NCBI GenBank assembly: GCA_026770705.1
Contig: JANJGN010000034.1
Location: 11,284,001 to 11,348,000, forward strand
DNA length: 64,000 nucleotides
DNA from: Isurus oxyrinchus
Taxonomy: Eukaryota
Reading direction: 5' to 3'
The translations under genes and the position numbers were made by a program. The notes below the pieces were generated by a model, which saw only the letters and a list, made by a program, of their open reading frames with translations, ran no database searches and was not told the DNA's origin. Position 1 is the stretch's first letter, and each line of letters starts with the position of its first letter. Positions 36,029 to 48,871 of the stretch are shown one piece after another.

Positions 36029-38848
36029 ATCTACTAGCATGGGGAGTGTTTGGTTCCGTGGAAAAGTGGTTGGAAAAAGCGGTCAGTGAAACCAATGGTC
36101 GAAACATTTGTGACCAACATGAACTCCTCGAACTTATAATTAGCATAAAAATTTCGAAGGCTGTTGTTTCCAGCACAATTTGATTCCTAAAATGTCATGA
36201 ATCAGTCAAATTGTCTCTTAACCATTGGTTTCATGAAGGAATAATTGCGGTTTGCTCTTCCATGTCAATATTTGTGAAATTCTGAATGCTACTCGATTGC
36301 ACAATGAATTCACCTGTCTGAACTCTTACATTCCAGAATATTTCCGCCCATCCAACGCCCCGCTGGGTTCTGTCACATTTCCTCTATTGGAACAAAGGAT
36401 TCATTTATCAATCACACAATGCTGAGTGCAGTGAGACCCAGCAGACTAAAGCAGCAGGGTTAATATTTGATTAAGTTTGCATTTTGGACGACGAACGATT
36501 GCATATTTAAAACAGTAGGGAAAATCTATTTAAATGAAAGAACGTCCATGAATATTCCGGCTTTCCTTTCATACCCAACAATTAATTCATTTTGCTTCCA
36601 TTTTTTTCTTTAGTTTCCAGTTCCTTCTTTCACTCAGTCGGAAGTTGCAACTTCCCTAACATTATTCCTGCATTTTTTTGAAGGGGCTAAGAAGGTACTT
36701 CATGTTTTACTTCCTCGGGAACTTTCACACAAGCTATTAATCCCTTAAGGAGAACTGAGAGTTTCATTTCATCTCAAGCTGCATTAAACATAACAACAAT
36801 GGTTAAAAAAAGCTATATCAATGCACCATTACCATGCGCCAAAATTTGTCTTGCTCCATTTGCCAATAAATGTGCAGTTCAACAAAGATCCATTTTGTTC
36901 TAAATTACTTCCAAGAGTGAATTTGCACAAACGGCAGCTAAAATCCACATGCAAATGCGTTTGCAGTTTATTCTGAACTCATCTGTTTCATGATTTCCCT
37001 ATGGTGGAAACACTAAATTCTGAAACAAATTAGACAGGCTTCTCAAAGCCTATTTAGGGAACTATGTTCCGGTCCCTCAACTTAAATGTCACAATTAGTG
37101 TGGGGTGAGGAGGGGATGTGGGGGTGTGGGCGGAGGGCTGGAGAGAGAGTCGGGGAGGCGTGGGGTGCAAATGTTGGTTTGAAAGCGTTCAGTTCAGCCA
37201 CAAAGGCATTAGTTGTCATGGGAACAAGAACTTCAAAATCAATGAATTGATGTAAATATACAGATTAAGACATTGGCCACAAACTATGGCGATGGTCTAC
37301 AATGTGGAAAGATGTGAGGCTGTTTCGAGGGCTCAAGGAAAGAAAAAAATGGCTTACTTTACAAAATTCGAGGGACATGTGGACAGAAGAAAAGCCATTC
37401 CGTCCCGCAGACCTGTTTCACCATTCAATGGGAGCATGGTGCATTTAGTCATAGAATTTTACAGACAGAAAAGAGGCCCTTGGGCCCATCTTGTCCACGC
37501 CAGCCATCAAGCTCCTCTATAATCTAATCCCATTTTCCAGCACTTGGCCCGTAGCCTTGTGTGCTGTGATGTTTGAAGTATTCATCTAAATACTTCTGAA
37601 ATGTTCATAGAGTTCCTCCCTCTACCAGACCCTCAGGAAGTGAGTTCCAGGTATCCTCCAAACTCTGGTGATTTTTTTCCCTCAAATTCCCTCCAAATCT
37701 CCTGCTCCTTACCTTAAACCTTTGGCCAATGGCTATTGACCCTGCCACTAAGGGCAAAGGTTTATTCCTGTCTCGCCTATCAGCGTCGAGATAACATGTA
37801 ACCTTAGGGCACTAAAAGCTTCTGCACGAATGTTGGAAATGATGAAAGTCAAAAAAGAAATGAACTCTCCTGAAACCAATTCCACGAATACTGGCCAAGG
37901 AAATGAAAGGGGTTTGCCTTGGAATGAAGAGCATATAAAGGGGGTTTATATTAGAGTTTCAGTTATGTCATGATTTTGTGCCTTATTCAATGGTCGCCAC
38001 CCGTTTGGATGCAAATTCATGGTCCAATCGCCTTTCTGATAACATGTCCTGTTATGCACTGCCTTCCCCTGTCCTCTCCCACTCACCAATACCCAAATGG
38101 AACGCTGTCCCCTCCCCTACTCCCATTACCAGTGAACTCCATAGCTCCCATCACCAGACCCCTCTGCACTGATCTCACCAGTCCCTCTGACACGCACATC
38201 ACATAGCCTGCACCACACTCCAGCCTTAGTTCCAATTCCTCGCTCCTCTCAGAATTCCATCCACAAAACTCATCCTCCTTGACTAGTTTGCCCAGTCCTG
38301 TCACCCACTCCGATCACTTTTTCACATCCCCAGTCTAATCAACTTACACCTCTCCCACTCTGATCCCTTTAGGATCTCACAAGCAGGAAGCTAATGGGAG
38401 ATAGCTGCCAACAAGAAAGAAGCGTGAATTAGAGAGTGGACTTGTAGGCTTGCTTGGTGTCTCACCAAGAAGTGTCGAGGTTTGTGTGGTTGAGGATATA
38501 GCATTTATTGTTAACACACAACTATATACATATCTCCAAGGTATAGCCCAAGGTATAGCTGTTTTCATGCAGACGGCTCTCAGACTCTCTACACACTGTA
38601 TACTATCATGTGACACTCTACAATCTGGGCAGTATTGCTCTCTAGTCCCATATTAACTCCTGCATGCCCAACTACACTTATACTAAATTGAATTCGTCAA
38701 TGTTCATGAGTGACATTGGGTGCACAGCTCTGGGTGGGCAGTTATCAGACTCGGCAGCCTCCCTGCACTCCTCCAGTCCTCCCCATGCGTAAACTGCATT
38801 GCTGATTGTGGTGTCTTCGCGCAAGCGCAGAGCGAAACGCCATATCAC

Positions 38849-39151
38849 TTGCCAGGGAAATTCTTTCGATTGTTTGCGCTCTTGTGGGCGCAGTGTAATC
38901 TCCACCGTCCCACACTGTCAAGGGCTTCAGTAGGAGTGATCCGTTAGGCATGAGCAAGGCTGTATTGAATTGTATTTTCTTAATTGTGAAGCTGGACAGA
39001 CCGTTCCACACCAAGAATTTTGTCTTCCCGAAGTACCACAACCAAACCTTCACACCATCTGAGGGTTTAACTGAAAGAAAAATGCGTTTCCTCCGACGGT
39101 CCCATTAATCCGATTGTTTCCTGTCAGAGACAGTAAAACCCTGGGGCACAG
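38849..39151 (-). pseudogene. Gene B IgV-like N2 exon, disabled
   Basis: VPQGFTV / TGNNRINGTVGGNAFF / SVKPSDGVKVWLWYFGKTKFLVWNG..LMPNGSLLLKPLTVWDGGDYT; acceptor AG changed to AT; frameshifts. Confidence 0.82.
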
Positions 39152-39204
39152 ATGAGGAAAATAAACCCGTAATGAGAAAGGCGGTCACACTCGGCACATC
39201 GTTG

Positions 39205-39457
39205 GCTTTTCTGTAACGATGTTGATAGTGTAATCTCCACTGTCCGAACCTCTCACTGAATTCAGCAGGAGGGACCCGTAAGATAGGAATAACTCAGCAC
39301 GTTCATAGCGTTCAATAGTTCTACCAGAGCCTGCATGGAGCCACTTCGCGATGCTTTTGTCCCCGAATTGCCATCTCCCATTCCGCACCACAGCTGACGG
39401 CTCCACCCGAAAAATCTACAGCGTTTCCTCCCACGGTCGCTTTAATCCGACTGTGTA
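39205..39457 (-). pseudogene. Gene B IgV-like N1 exon (Cys-less, CEACAM N-type), frameshifted and 3-prime truncated
   Basis: ctcctcag|VHSRIKATVGGNAVDFS / VEPSAVVRNGRWQFGDKSIAKWLHAGSGRTIERYERAELFLSYGSLLLNSVRGSDSGDYTINIV; GSLLL..DSGxY V-set signature; +1 frameshift. Confidence 0.85.
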
Positions 39458-39616
39458 CTGAGGAGAGAAATCCAAAATAATAAAAGCGGTCAAACTCCAC
39501 ACAACATACACTTTTCGAAAGTGATAATAATAACATCCACTGATTTGCCCTGAGAATCTCGTGCTGTCGTTCTTCTCCAAACCTTAGCAAGAGAGATACG
39601 AGAAAGTGATCCTCAC

Positions 39617-39668
39617 CCACAGGTATCAATAAATAAACATGTCCCGCGCTAAGTGTCAGTCTCCACAT
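39617..39668 (-). pseudogene. Gene B leader exon MWRLTLSAGHVYLLIPV
   Basis: ATG at 39666-39668, 52 nt, G|GTGAGG donor (phase 1); homologous to gene A leader. Confidence 0.75.
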
Positions 39669-39699
39669 CCCGAGAGAAACGCGCAAGTCCCTATTACAC

Positions 39700-39780
39700 T
39701 CGGTGACCGATCCGCTCTCCCGCTGTACAGGGCAGATCAATTTAATCGTTTACTGAAGTAGCAATACTGATTGGACCGTG
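39700..39780 (-). promoter_or_regulatory. Gene B proximal promoter with CCAAT box (ctgattggaccg 39767-39778)
   Basis: Identical 12-mer at similar distance from the leader as in gene A. Confidence 0.5.
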
Positions 39781-40144
39781 GCTTGTTCATCTGTGCAGAA
39801 ACTCATTCACAGATGCTGAACATTTATGTGCTGGGCATGGTTGACATCCGAAGAAAATCTACAGCGTTTCCTCCCACCGAGTGCTGGTCACTTGCCTGGC
39901 ACCTCATTCTACGGAGAGGGAGCTGCTATAATCCAGTAATATATTCGAAATATTGATGCGCGTGGCGTTTCTTTTAGTGCTCAGTCGCTATTTTTTGTTT
40001 TGGCAGAGTAACATTGGAGAGTGGGTGCAGACACGATGGAGCGAGTGTCCTCCTTGTGTACCGTTAAAACTCCGTGATTCTGTGACTGAGATATTCATTC
40101 AAGAACAGAAAGTTACGACCTTCCCGACTGAAGCACTAAGGAAC

Positions 40145-40405
40145 CTCCGTGAGCTGCTTATATCCCCTGAGATTACTGCGTTCCTCCAATTCCCATCTCT
40201 GGTACATCCCAGATTTTAAGCACTCTACAATGGTGAACCTGCTGCTCAGTTCCCTCAGTCCTAAACTCTGGGAATCTGCTCCCGAACTTTTCCACCTCTC
40301 TACCTGTATGTACTCAAGACCCTCCCTAAAAACTTCCCCTTTGACCAATGTTTTAGACAACTGTCCTAATGTCTTCTGCTTTTGCCCGGGTTCAAAATTA
40401 ATTAC
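40145..40405 (+). mobile_element. L2-type LINE 3-prime end, adjoining the Gypsy LTR
   Basis: LRSSNSHLWYIPDFKHSTM..LSPKLWES..LKTSPL. Confidence 0.7.
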
Positions 40406-40422
40406 GTAACAGGACTACGAAC

Positions 40423-42180
40423 TGTTACGACCGGAGCCGATGTAATTTACTGAGCAAACCAATCCCCAGTGAGAAATTTGTATGACTGATGATAAACTTT
40501 TTAACGAGGGAATAGACGGCCGATCCCAGAAACACAGAATACCAGTAACACTTCTATTACTTAAAGATTTAAAATACTGTTAACAACAAGAAAAAAAACC
40601 TTAAGCACCCAAGATTAAAGTTGCAGAGTTAAAACAATTTTACAAAACATCCTTCCTCCCACCACCCCCCCAAAGCACACGCTTCGTCAGAACACTCAAG
40701 TGAACTCCTTGGCAACAGCTCCCATATAGATTTAAACTATTAAAATCCTTTGCTATTACCCAATCCATGAACTGCAGTCACGTTAGTAAAGAGACAGGAC
40801 AAGACTTCTCATTCTCTTCCATTGCTGGGAAATCCAATAAAGTTCAGGAAACAAACTGTTGTCTGAGATAAAGACTTTTCTGGTCCCACTGACTGATTGT
40901 TTCAGGTTTCACAGCTTTTCTCAGCAGAGTTGGTCTCAGGGCTTACACGCAACAAACCCTTCCCCATACACATAGCCACGACTACTCATCTAAACATGTT
41001 TCCTTAAATATCTTTTTTTTTACCTTTCATCTTAGCTCTCATTGCTCTCAAACGCCTCTTTGAACTCATTTTTTTCCAAACTATGAAAATTTTTCATGTT
41101 TACCTATTGCCTCTACTTCCGTGTCAAATATAATTGAGTAGTTTACCCTTGTTTGCTTATGAACTCTTTGTAAACTGTTAAAGTCCCTTTCCACTTCTTT
41201 GAAATCCAACAGCTGATAAGTCAAGACGCGATGTATCTCATAATGCAAATTGGAAATCCACTTCATTGGCGCCCCACATTACAAATGCATGTGTCTAGCG
41301 AAATTACACTTCTTTCTCTCAACTCCCAAGAAAAATTGCCTATATGAACAACTTAATTAANNNNNNNNNNNNNNNNNNNNNNNNNNNNNNNNNNNNNNNN
41401 NNNNNNNNNNNNNNNNNNNNNNNNNNNNNNNNNNNNNNNNNNNNNNNNNNNNNNNNNNNNNNNNNNNNNNNNNNNNNNNNNNNNNNNNNNNNNNNNNNNN
41501 NNNNNNNNNNNNNNNNNNNNNNNNNNNNNNTTGACAGGATATCATCATACTCCCTTACAATTAAAGACAATCACGTTCATCGTCTTAGCTCCCTCAAGGT
41601 AAAAAATCTGAAACGTTTATTTCAAAAAGACGTTTTCATTTGATCAACTCACTTCGTATTACTTCCTATTCATATCTAAATAAAAAATACTGTTACACTA
41701 GGGTGCTCATGCATCAACCATGAATAAATAAACAATTGTTTTGTAAGAATAAAGTTCATTCCAATCCATTCACAATTTACCAACATCCAAGCAATTTTGA
41801 ATGTTAGCTCTTGGCAGCGCATCTGCAATTAAATTCTCTCGCCCAACCACGAGCATCATTTTTAAATTGAACATTTGTAATAACAAATTCCACCAGAACA
41901 GTCTGGTGTCTTGGTCTCGAAACTCTTTCAGAAACTACAAAGGATTATAGTTAGCATATAAACCTGTCTCTGAAGTTTTGTTTGCACATACACATTGAAA
42001 TGATACAAAGCTAAACCCAAACTTAAAGTCTCCTTTTCTAGAGCTGAGTGTTTCTTCTGATGCATATTCAAATGTGAGACATGTCCTGTTGGTTTCTCAA
42101 GTCCCAGTTCACTTTCCTGTAATGACATAGCGTCAACATCCACATTTCTACACCGCACATTTACCTGGATGATACCATGG
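40423..42180 (-). mobile_element. Degenerate Gypsy LTR retrotransposon (LTR end plus pol RNase H remnant), spans the gap
   Basis: HQKKHSALEKETLSLGLALYHFNVYV resembles the Gypsy RNase H motif (YSxxEKExLAxxxALxHF); LTR-like terminus tgttacgacc at 40423. Confidence 0.75.
41361..41530. other. Assembly gap (170 N)
   Basis: Run of n characters. Confidence 1.
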
Positions 42181-45100
42181 AATAAATGGTTGAATTATGG
42201 AGATTATGTGATCTTCCATTTCATGAGCTTTGGAAGCTGGTGGAAGATCTGAATGAGAAGTTTAATATTATAAGCGGACCTAGTTGATAGAGAAAAAAAA
42301 TTGCCTCTGCACGGAGGATCAAGGTTACCAAGACATCGTCTAAATTTTGAAGTTGCTTCGAGGGGAATGAGCGTTTTTCATATGTTGCTCATCGCTAGTG
42401 CACCAGAAGCTATTAACGGTCTTCTAATTAAAGTACTGAGTTGAACAACAGAGCAGAGGTGTGGCTGGAGGCCATAATGTTTCACCGTCATAGGCTGCAG
42501 GAGGCTTAGAGGAAAGGGCTCAGTGATCAAAGTAACAAAGTGTGACATCTGAAAATGATTACGGCATTGGTATTGCTCTGTCAGACAGGAAAACCGACTT
42601 CCAGAAAGAGAGACAGTGATGGATGATGCGAAAATGAATGGTGCTTATCATTACTTTCTAGAGTGATCCGAGAGTAATTCGGCAGCTTCGGTGCGGGAAT
42701 GTGATGCTTGATGTATCCCACTGAGATTTGGTTAAGTATAGCTCAACCAGTTGTGTGCAAAAACAATAATGGCAATTCCCTGATGAAATAGAGACAGGTG
42801 TCATTGCAAGGGGGACAACCCGAATTAGAAACAGCAAAGTTATTCCTGGAAACATTAGATTAAACGTGTGGATAAGTTATTGGTTGAATACATTGCCAAC
42901 TGCAGATGTTTCACGATGAATTGAAAGGAAGAGGTAAGCCAGCTGACACATTGAAAGCGGCTTCGTCAATGAAAAGCAGACAGATTTTTTTCTGTTTCCA
43001 GAGGAAATCAATAAGGGAAGTGGGGAGCAATTTGTAAGTGTGTGATGAAGACAATCGACGTCGGGAATCCAGTTCATAGGTGGCACTGTATATCAATAGC
43101 AGGAATTATGTGAAGGGAGTGGTTTACTGATCTCAGAATGGGACTGACTTCAGAGGAGGGAAGGCAAACTGAGCTTAGATGCAGACTAAAATCATAAACG
43201 CAAGCAATCGCTCATTAGAGACTGGGAAACGATATTTAATGGTGCATTATGCTGGTGGCAGTTTAAAAATATATATAAAGGAGACGGAGAGAAGTCTACT
43301 GTAACAGCATCCTCATGGATTTGTTGTCCTCCTGCTGTAGCGAATCGCGAGCCAACAATGCCCTGGAAGTCAGCAAGAAGTTACGGTCTGTGGAAGCAAA
43401 ATGGAAATAATTTTGATTCTAAGCATGTACAAACAATATTTGGTGAAATGCATTACTTTCGGGAAATAGCATCACTTTATTATTTTTCGTAGCAGCATTC
43501 TAAGCTGCTGCAAGGGTGAAGTCTATTGATGATGCGTCATATTATATAACCCACCAGAATCCACTTGGAAACAAGATATGATGTGTGTCCAGAAAATATA
43601 ATTACTTGAATGCTGGAAATTAGTAACAATTGGATTTGTTTCTTCAGCAATGCACAGTTGGAGTTCATGCCTGATAGAGGATCATTCAATGTTATTTTAA
43701 ACAATGTGTTTGAAAATTGATCTCCAATGATGTTGCTCAGGTGCGGATTCGTTGGCATAACAATAGAGTCTAGGGACAGCGCATGACAGGAACTGGTTTG
43801 CACAAACACAGGTACGGTTTACACCGTGGGTTGCAGGTTAATCAAGAGCATAAACATTGAATTTCCTACTCTCCCCATCTTCAATGTCAGATACATGGTA
43901 GAGCTGCTGTCATGCCAGTAACAACATATCATATTTTCAAACATCCGAATATGATATTTACTCAGTGTGGAATCATTTGGAACTGCACTTTCTTTCCAAG
44001 CCAAGATGGTCAATATGTCCTGCAGAGGTTGGCCGCCAAAGCTCAGCAAGCCTGATAAGTGGATTCAGAAACTGCCACGCTATCTCGTGATGCCAAAACG
44101 ATAAAGTCCAGACTAGGAGATTTCACCCACCTACACCCTAAGACCATCGAAAGGACATTTTGAATTAAAATTGCCTTTATTAAATAAAGTCAGCGATGGC
44201 ATCAACCCTACTCATGATGAACGTCTTCCAACAAGAAACCAGGTTATGGATAATTTAACCAACACCATATTTGGAAAGGGGAGCTGTGAGAAGTCAAATG
44301 TTGGGGGTAGACATGTCTGTTCTGGCTTCATCTTTAAGTATTGTGTGCTGAGCCACAGGATCAGCAGAAAGGGCAGGACGTTAATGTCTGCAGACTGTAA
44401 AACTATAAGGTCTTCAAGCCTGTTCCTTTTCAGGAACACCAACACTGAAAACTGATGTTCTGGTAAAGAGACTAGAAGCATTCGTGCCCTGAAAAAAGTC
44501 AATCTCTTCGATAGAATCCTGATAACCACCTCAGCACGTGACTCCGGCTGTTGAACTTAGTTTCAGGGCCTGAGGAGAATATACTTCATCTGATTTTTTA
44601 AAAAGTACATTATTCATATTCATGACCACTGATCATGGAACCAAATTACTTACGACATGTTGAAATTTTCAGTAACAATTGTTTTTTTTTAATTGCCCCA
44701 CAAACATAAATTGGCTGGTACTGTAATGCCACCATTTGCCGGAAAATTCCGATGTGGATTGCACTTGTCCAAATAGTCCAAAAGACAGAATATTGCACCT
44801 AATCAATGTTTTCCAGAATAGGGCAGTCACGTCAATCATGAATTAATCATTTTCTTTATAACTTTTAGAAGAGCACTAGGCACTTCAATTGCACATTCTC
44901 TGAGCGCATATTTGCATGTAAATGTGTGAGTAAAGGCTATAATGTTAGATTGAGCGTGAAAATAAGCAATTATCTTTATTTAAACGCACAATCAGGAGGC
45001 TACCGGTTATTCAACTTGTCCACACTTTCAAGGGATAATAAACACGTGTCTTTCCTTCAAAGTTTTACTGATTACAGACAACTGGGAAGGGAGCAGAGAT

Positions 45101-45976
45101 TTCCCTGCTTCTCTCGGTCACACTGTCCGTAACAGCCTCCGCCCACATCCCACCAGCTCATGTCATGCTTCCCAAGGCGCGGGACAAATTGAAGCTAACT
45201 TCACCCAGATCTTTGGTGTTCATTACGTGGCATGGGCTTATCACTGGAATCAAGAGTGATCACGAATCTGGAGCATTAATACTGTTACCTTAAATCAGCT
45301 TTCTCAGTTTGTGCTTTGTTTGCATTTTGCAAGGGAGTCTTAAGTTTTTGGCCCACAGCAACAACATTTTGCATAACTAGCCAAAGATAAACACTCAGTT
45401 CACAATATAATCAAACTACAGGTGTTATTCTCAACCGCACACCCCGAGTTCAACCTCCTCAGTGGCAAGTGTTTAAACTGGACTCACGAGATAGGGTCAT
45501 TTGTGAGCCAGCAGAGAAAACAATTGCCATAAAATTATTATTATTTTGTTGTAAAGCCTGACTAGTTCAGTAATGCCCTTAGTGGCAAATAGCATTTCAC
45601 GCCATTCACTCTATATCAAGTTATAAGTTTTGGCAACCACTGAATACTATGAGGACACCTGGAGATCACAATTGAACACTGCCTTGTCATGTGATATTCC
45701 TGCCTTGTGAAGAAATGAGGAGACAAGACGCTGTGGATACTGAAAGGAAGGCTCCCCTTTGAGGGAGAAAGTGGATCAATGAGACAGAGTTTTAAAATAA
45801 GGGTCATAATCAGTGCAGCCACGAACTTATTAAATAGTGGAGGAGATTGAAAGGAGCCGAATGGATTTCTCAGGCTCCTGATTCGTCTGCACGTTTGTTC
45901 TTAAATGGAAAATCCTACATTCCGTTTGCTTTTTTAAAAGATGGCAGATGACGTGTGAAATGTTCTTTCAACATAC

Positions 45977-46020
45977 CTCATCAAGTCACTGTAAACCGAC
46001 CGATCGTGCACTTGTAATCC
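45977..46020 (-). CDS. Copy 2 cytoplasmic exon 4 GLQVHDRSVYSDLM
   Basis: 44 nt, intact AG/GT; single E to D change keeps YxxL. Confidence 0.85.
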
Positions 46021-46150
46021 CTGTTAAAATTAATAATATATTTGTTTTTTTAGTGAACAACAATAGAGTGCGTTAAAAGAGAACTGAGGTGAAATATAGG
46101 ATAAATAGTCAGTAAATGAAATAAAAGAATGCACAAAATAATATCCTGAC

Positions 46151-46192
46151 CATATAAGTAGAGTCTTCCTCAAGTGGTTTTGTAGCTTGCTC
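46151..46192 (-). CDS. Copy 2 cytoplasmic exon 3 EQATKPLEEDSTYM
   Basis: 42 nt, identical to copy 1. Confidence 0.85.
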
Positions 46193-46668
46193 CTGTAAAA
46201 ATGCAATTTGGAAAACGAAATATGAGCAGGTACACAAGATTTCCATGTAATTACTTCATAATTTAGAACGATTAGAATGTCATATATCCCACAATAAAAG
46301 TTATACCAATTTCCCTAAAATAACTAGCCCCAAATTAAATTTCAAGGGTGAATGTTCATTACTAACACGTGGTGAAAGAGGAGCAACAGCGTACAGAATA
46401 TTCATTTCACTCAGCACTCGGTTATCATGACTGTAGTAAAATTGAAAATTGACGCCAATATTCCATGCTGCAACAGGAGCATTGTTTGATAATCTTATAA
46501 AAACAGGAACCAGTCCACTAACCGAGTAAGGCAAAGAACACCGAAACCCCTACCCTAGTCTGACTTATTGCCGAATCGAGTTTACTCCGATTGCATGAAC
46601 AATGACATTGTTATCCTCACTGGAATGAACTCGCCAATGTGACCATGTTTTAATACAATTGTACCAAC

Positions 46669-46733
46669 CTTTTGCTTTCTTGGAATATTTTCGTAGGCCG
46701 ATGCCGAATTCTCCCCTATTGCAGCAGGGCTGC
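46669..46733 (-). CDS. Copy 2 cytoplasmic exon 2 SPAAIGENSASAYENIPRKQK
   Basis: 65 nt, intact AG/GT; three differences from copy 1, all synonymous. Confidence 0.87.
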
Positions 46734-48106
46734 CTGTGAGAATGAAAAACAGTTAATCACATCTCCACATATAATCGCAGAAGCATACAATGACAGAGCA
46801 CAATCGGAGGTCTTTTAGCCCACCATGCCAGTATCAGCTCTTTGAAGGTGAAATACAATTAATCCCATTCCTCAAACATTTTCGCACACCCTTGTAAGTA
46901 AGCTTCCTTAACGTGCATATCCAACGTCCTTGTCAAACTGATATTCAATATGATTCCAACAGATGTTCATGTTATGCAACCCTATCATAGCAATTCGCTG
47001 CCTAAATATAAATTTACGCCTCACGCAGCTGTCTTTTTGGGAACTAGATTTCATTTTTACCTCATATGGCTGCTTACAGTTTCTCCTAATTTCCTCTATC
47101 ACGATATTTCGCGATTTTGAACACCTCTGTAAAATCTCCCATCAGCCTCCCTGCTTTAAGGAGAATAAGCCCAGCTACTCCCATTCCTCCACGGAGCTAC
47201 TTCTGTAAATCTGCAGTACACACTCCTCAAGACAGTAACATTAGTCCTGAATCATTGAACCATGTACATGCCAATAGAGTGAGAACGGTTGCTTCATGTT
47301 CTGAGGAATTGCAGCTTTTGTTTCTTAGTTTTCTCTTTCTGTTTACTGGGGTGGACTCCGTTCGTGCTAATTTAATGATTACTTGAGTTGTAGGGTCAAT
47401 TTTACGAACTAAGGGTACACGTGGAACAGCCGTAATCAAGGAATGAAAATTGGTGGGAATCTAGTTCTACTTTTTCAATATAACGCAGAAGAGATATCAA
47501 ATCGGCTGCTGGTTCACCATCATCTGTTCTACATTAGAGAGATGCGCGGAATTGTCCTAGGTATTTCATCATGTGGGTGTTCCTGAAGCTGACAGATTCA
47601 CACTTTGAGCACCCAAGTAGCAGAAAACACAATGGTTAGTTCCAGGCAAAACCTTTGTCTCACCGTCAGCTCTGTATGTGTACATAAATCTATTCGGTTT
47701 TGAACTTTCACGAGGAATGTACAACTCACTGTAAAACGAAGCATTCGCATGAAAATAGATACAGAAGCATATATTGGATGTTATTGGTGTCAACGTATTT
47801 TCAGTCAGATATAATTTGCACGAACGATTGCTTCTTTTCACCATTCACAAGTTAGTGAAACCTATATGAAACAGAATGTTGAGCGATAGCCATGTTGATC
47901 TGAACTTTTTTTCAAATAGTGTTTAGTGCTGGGCAATTGTGCGTAAAAGTGCTCAACAAGAACAAGTTTATCTAAATTGATGTGCAAACTTAAAGATTCA
48001 TAAATCTGCCCGATGTATGCTTATTTGAATGAACTTCAACTCATAAAGCACTATTGACCCCTGCAACCTGACATTCAACATGGAAATGCTAAAGTATTTC
48101 ACTTAC

Positions 48107-48162
48107 TATTTTCTGTTGGATTAATGTTTGTAGCATTTTGCCCTTGCGTTGGTTGTTGCATC
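48107..48162 (-). CDS. Copy 2 cytoplasmic exon 1 MQQPTQGQNATNINPTEN
   Basis: 56 nt, intact AG/GT, phase 2-1. Confidence 0.85.
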
Positions 48163-48747
48163 CTAAAGAAATGTAGTGCAACATAATAAAATAAACATTT
48201 TCAGGACGATATAATATTGCAATCATGATCTGCAACAGAAATCCTATTTGTTAATGTCTTATTATTAGTGAAAAATATCTTCCTAACTGGAAGGAACAAA
48301 TTTCATTCATGCTGGGCAACATCGATATTCCTTTATTCTTTTGCCGGACGTGGGCGTCGCTGGCTGTGCCAGCATTTTTTATTGCCTATCCCTAATTGCC
48401 CTTGAGAAGACGGTGGTGAGCCGTCTTCCTGTGCCGCTGCTGTCCATATGGCGTAGGAGCACCTAAAACAGTTTGAGTATTTGGAAGATGCAAAACTGAG
48501 TAACTGCATCAGCAACAGTAGTGGGGTGTTATCATACCAGAGTGGGGAACTAACAGTAGGTGATTTTTGTCAATCAGAAATATAAACGATTATTATTGAC
48601 TGTGTAAACCTGACTTATAAGTATATAGACTTGGACAGACACATAAACATATTTTGAAACAACCTTTCACGCATTTCCTTTGATTCAATTCATCAGGCTA
48701 CAGACAAACTACTAAAGGTGCAGATGACATTTACATAGACTATTTAC

Positions 48748-48871
48748 CAGCATGCTTTCTTTTTGATCAGCCACGCGCATATCCCGCCGATCGTTCCCAG
48801 AATAAGTAGAACAGCAATCACGATGCCTGCTTTGTGACCACTGCCTAATTCAGTGGTGGAGGAATGTTGTC
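48748..48871 (-). CDS. Copy 2 transmembrane exon QHSSTTELGSGHKAGIVIAVLLILGTIGGICAWLIKKKAC(W)
   Basis: Open 124-nt exon with intact splice sites. Confidence 0.9.

Noticed and set aside
36314-36383. Small AG/GT-flanked segment as a gene B downstream exon
   Set aside because: No similarity to gene A stalk, TM or tail exons and stops in two frames.
43819-44049. Weak Ig constant-like peptide (GGQP..W..CCYWHDS), also at about 2530-2750
   Set aside because: No first Cys in frame, no clear splice sites, frameshifted in copy 1; cannot be distinguished from chance without an HMM search.
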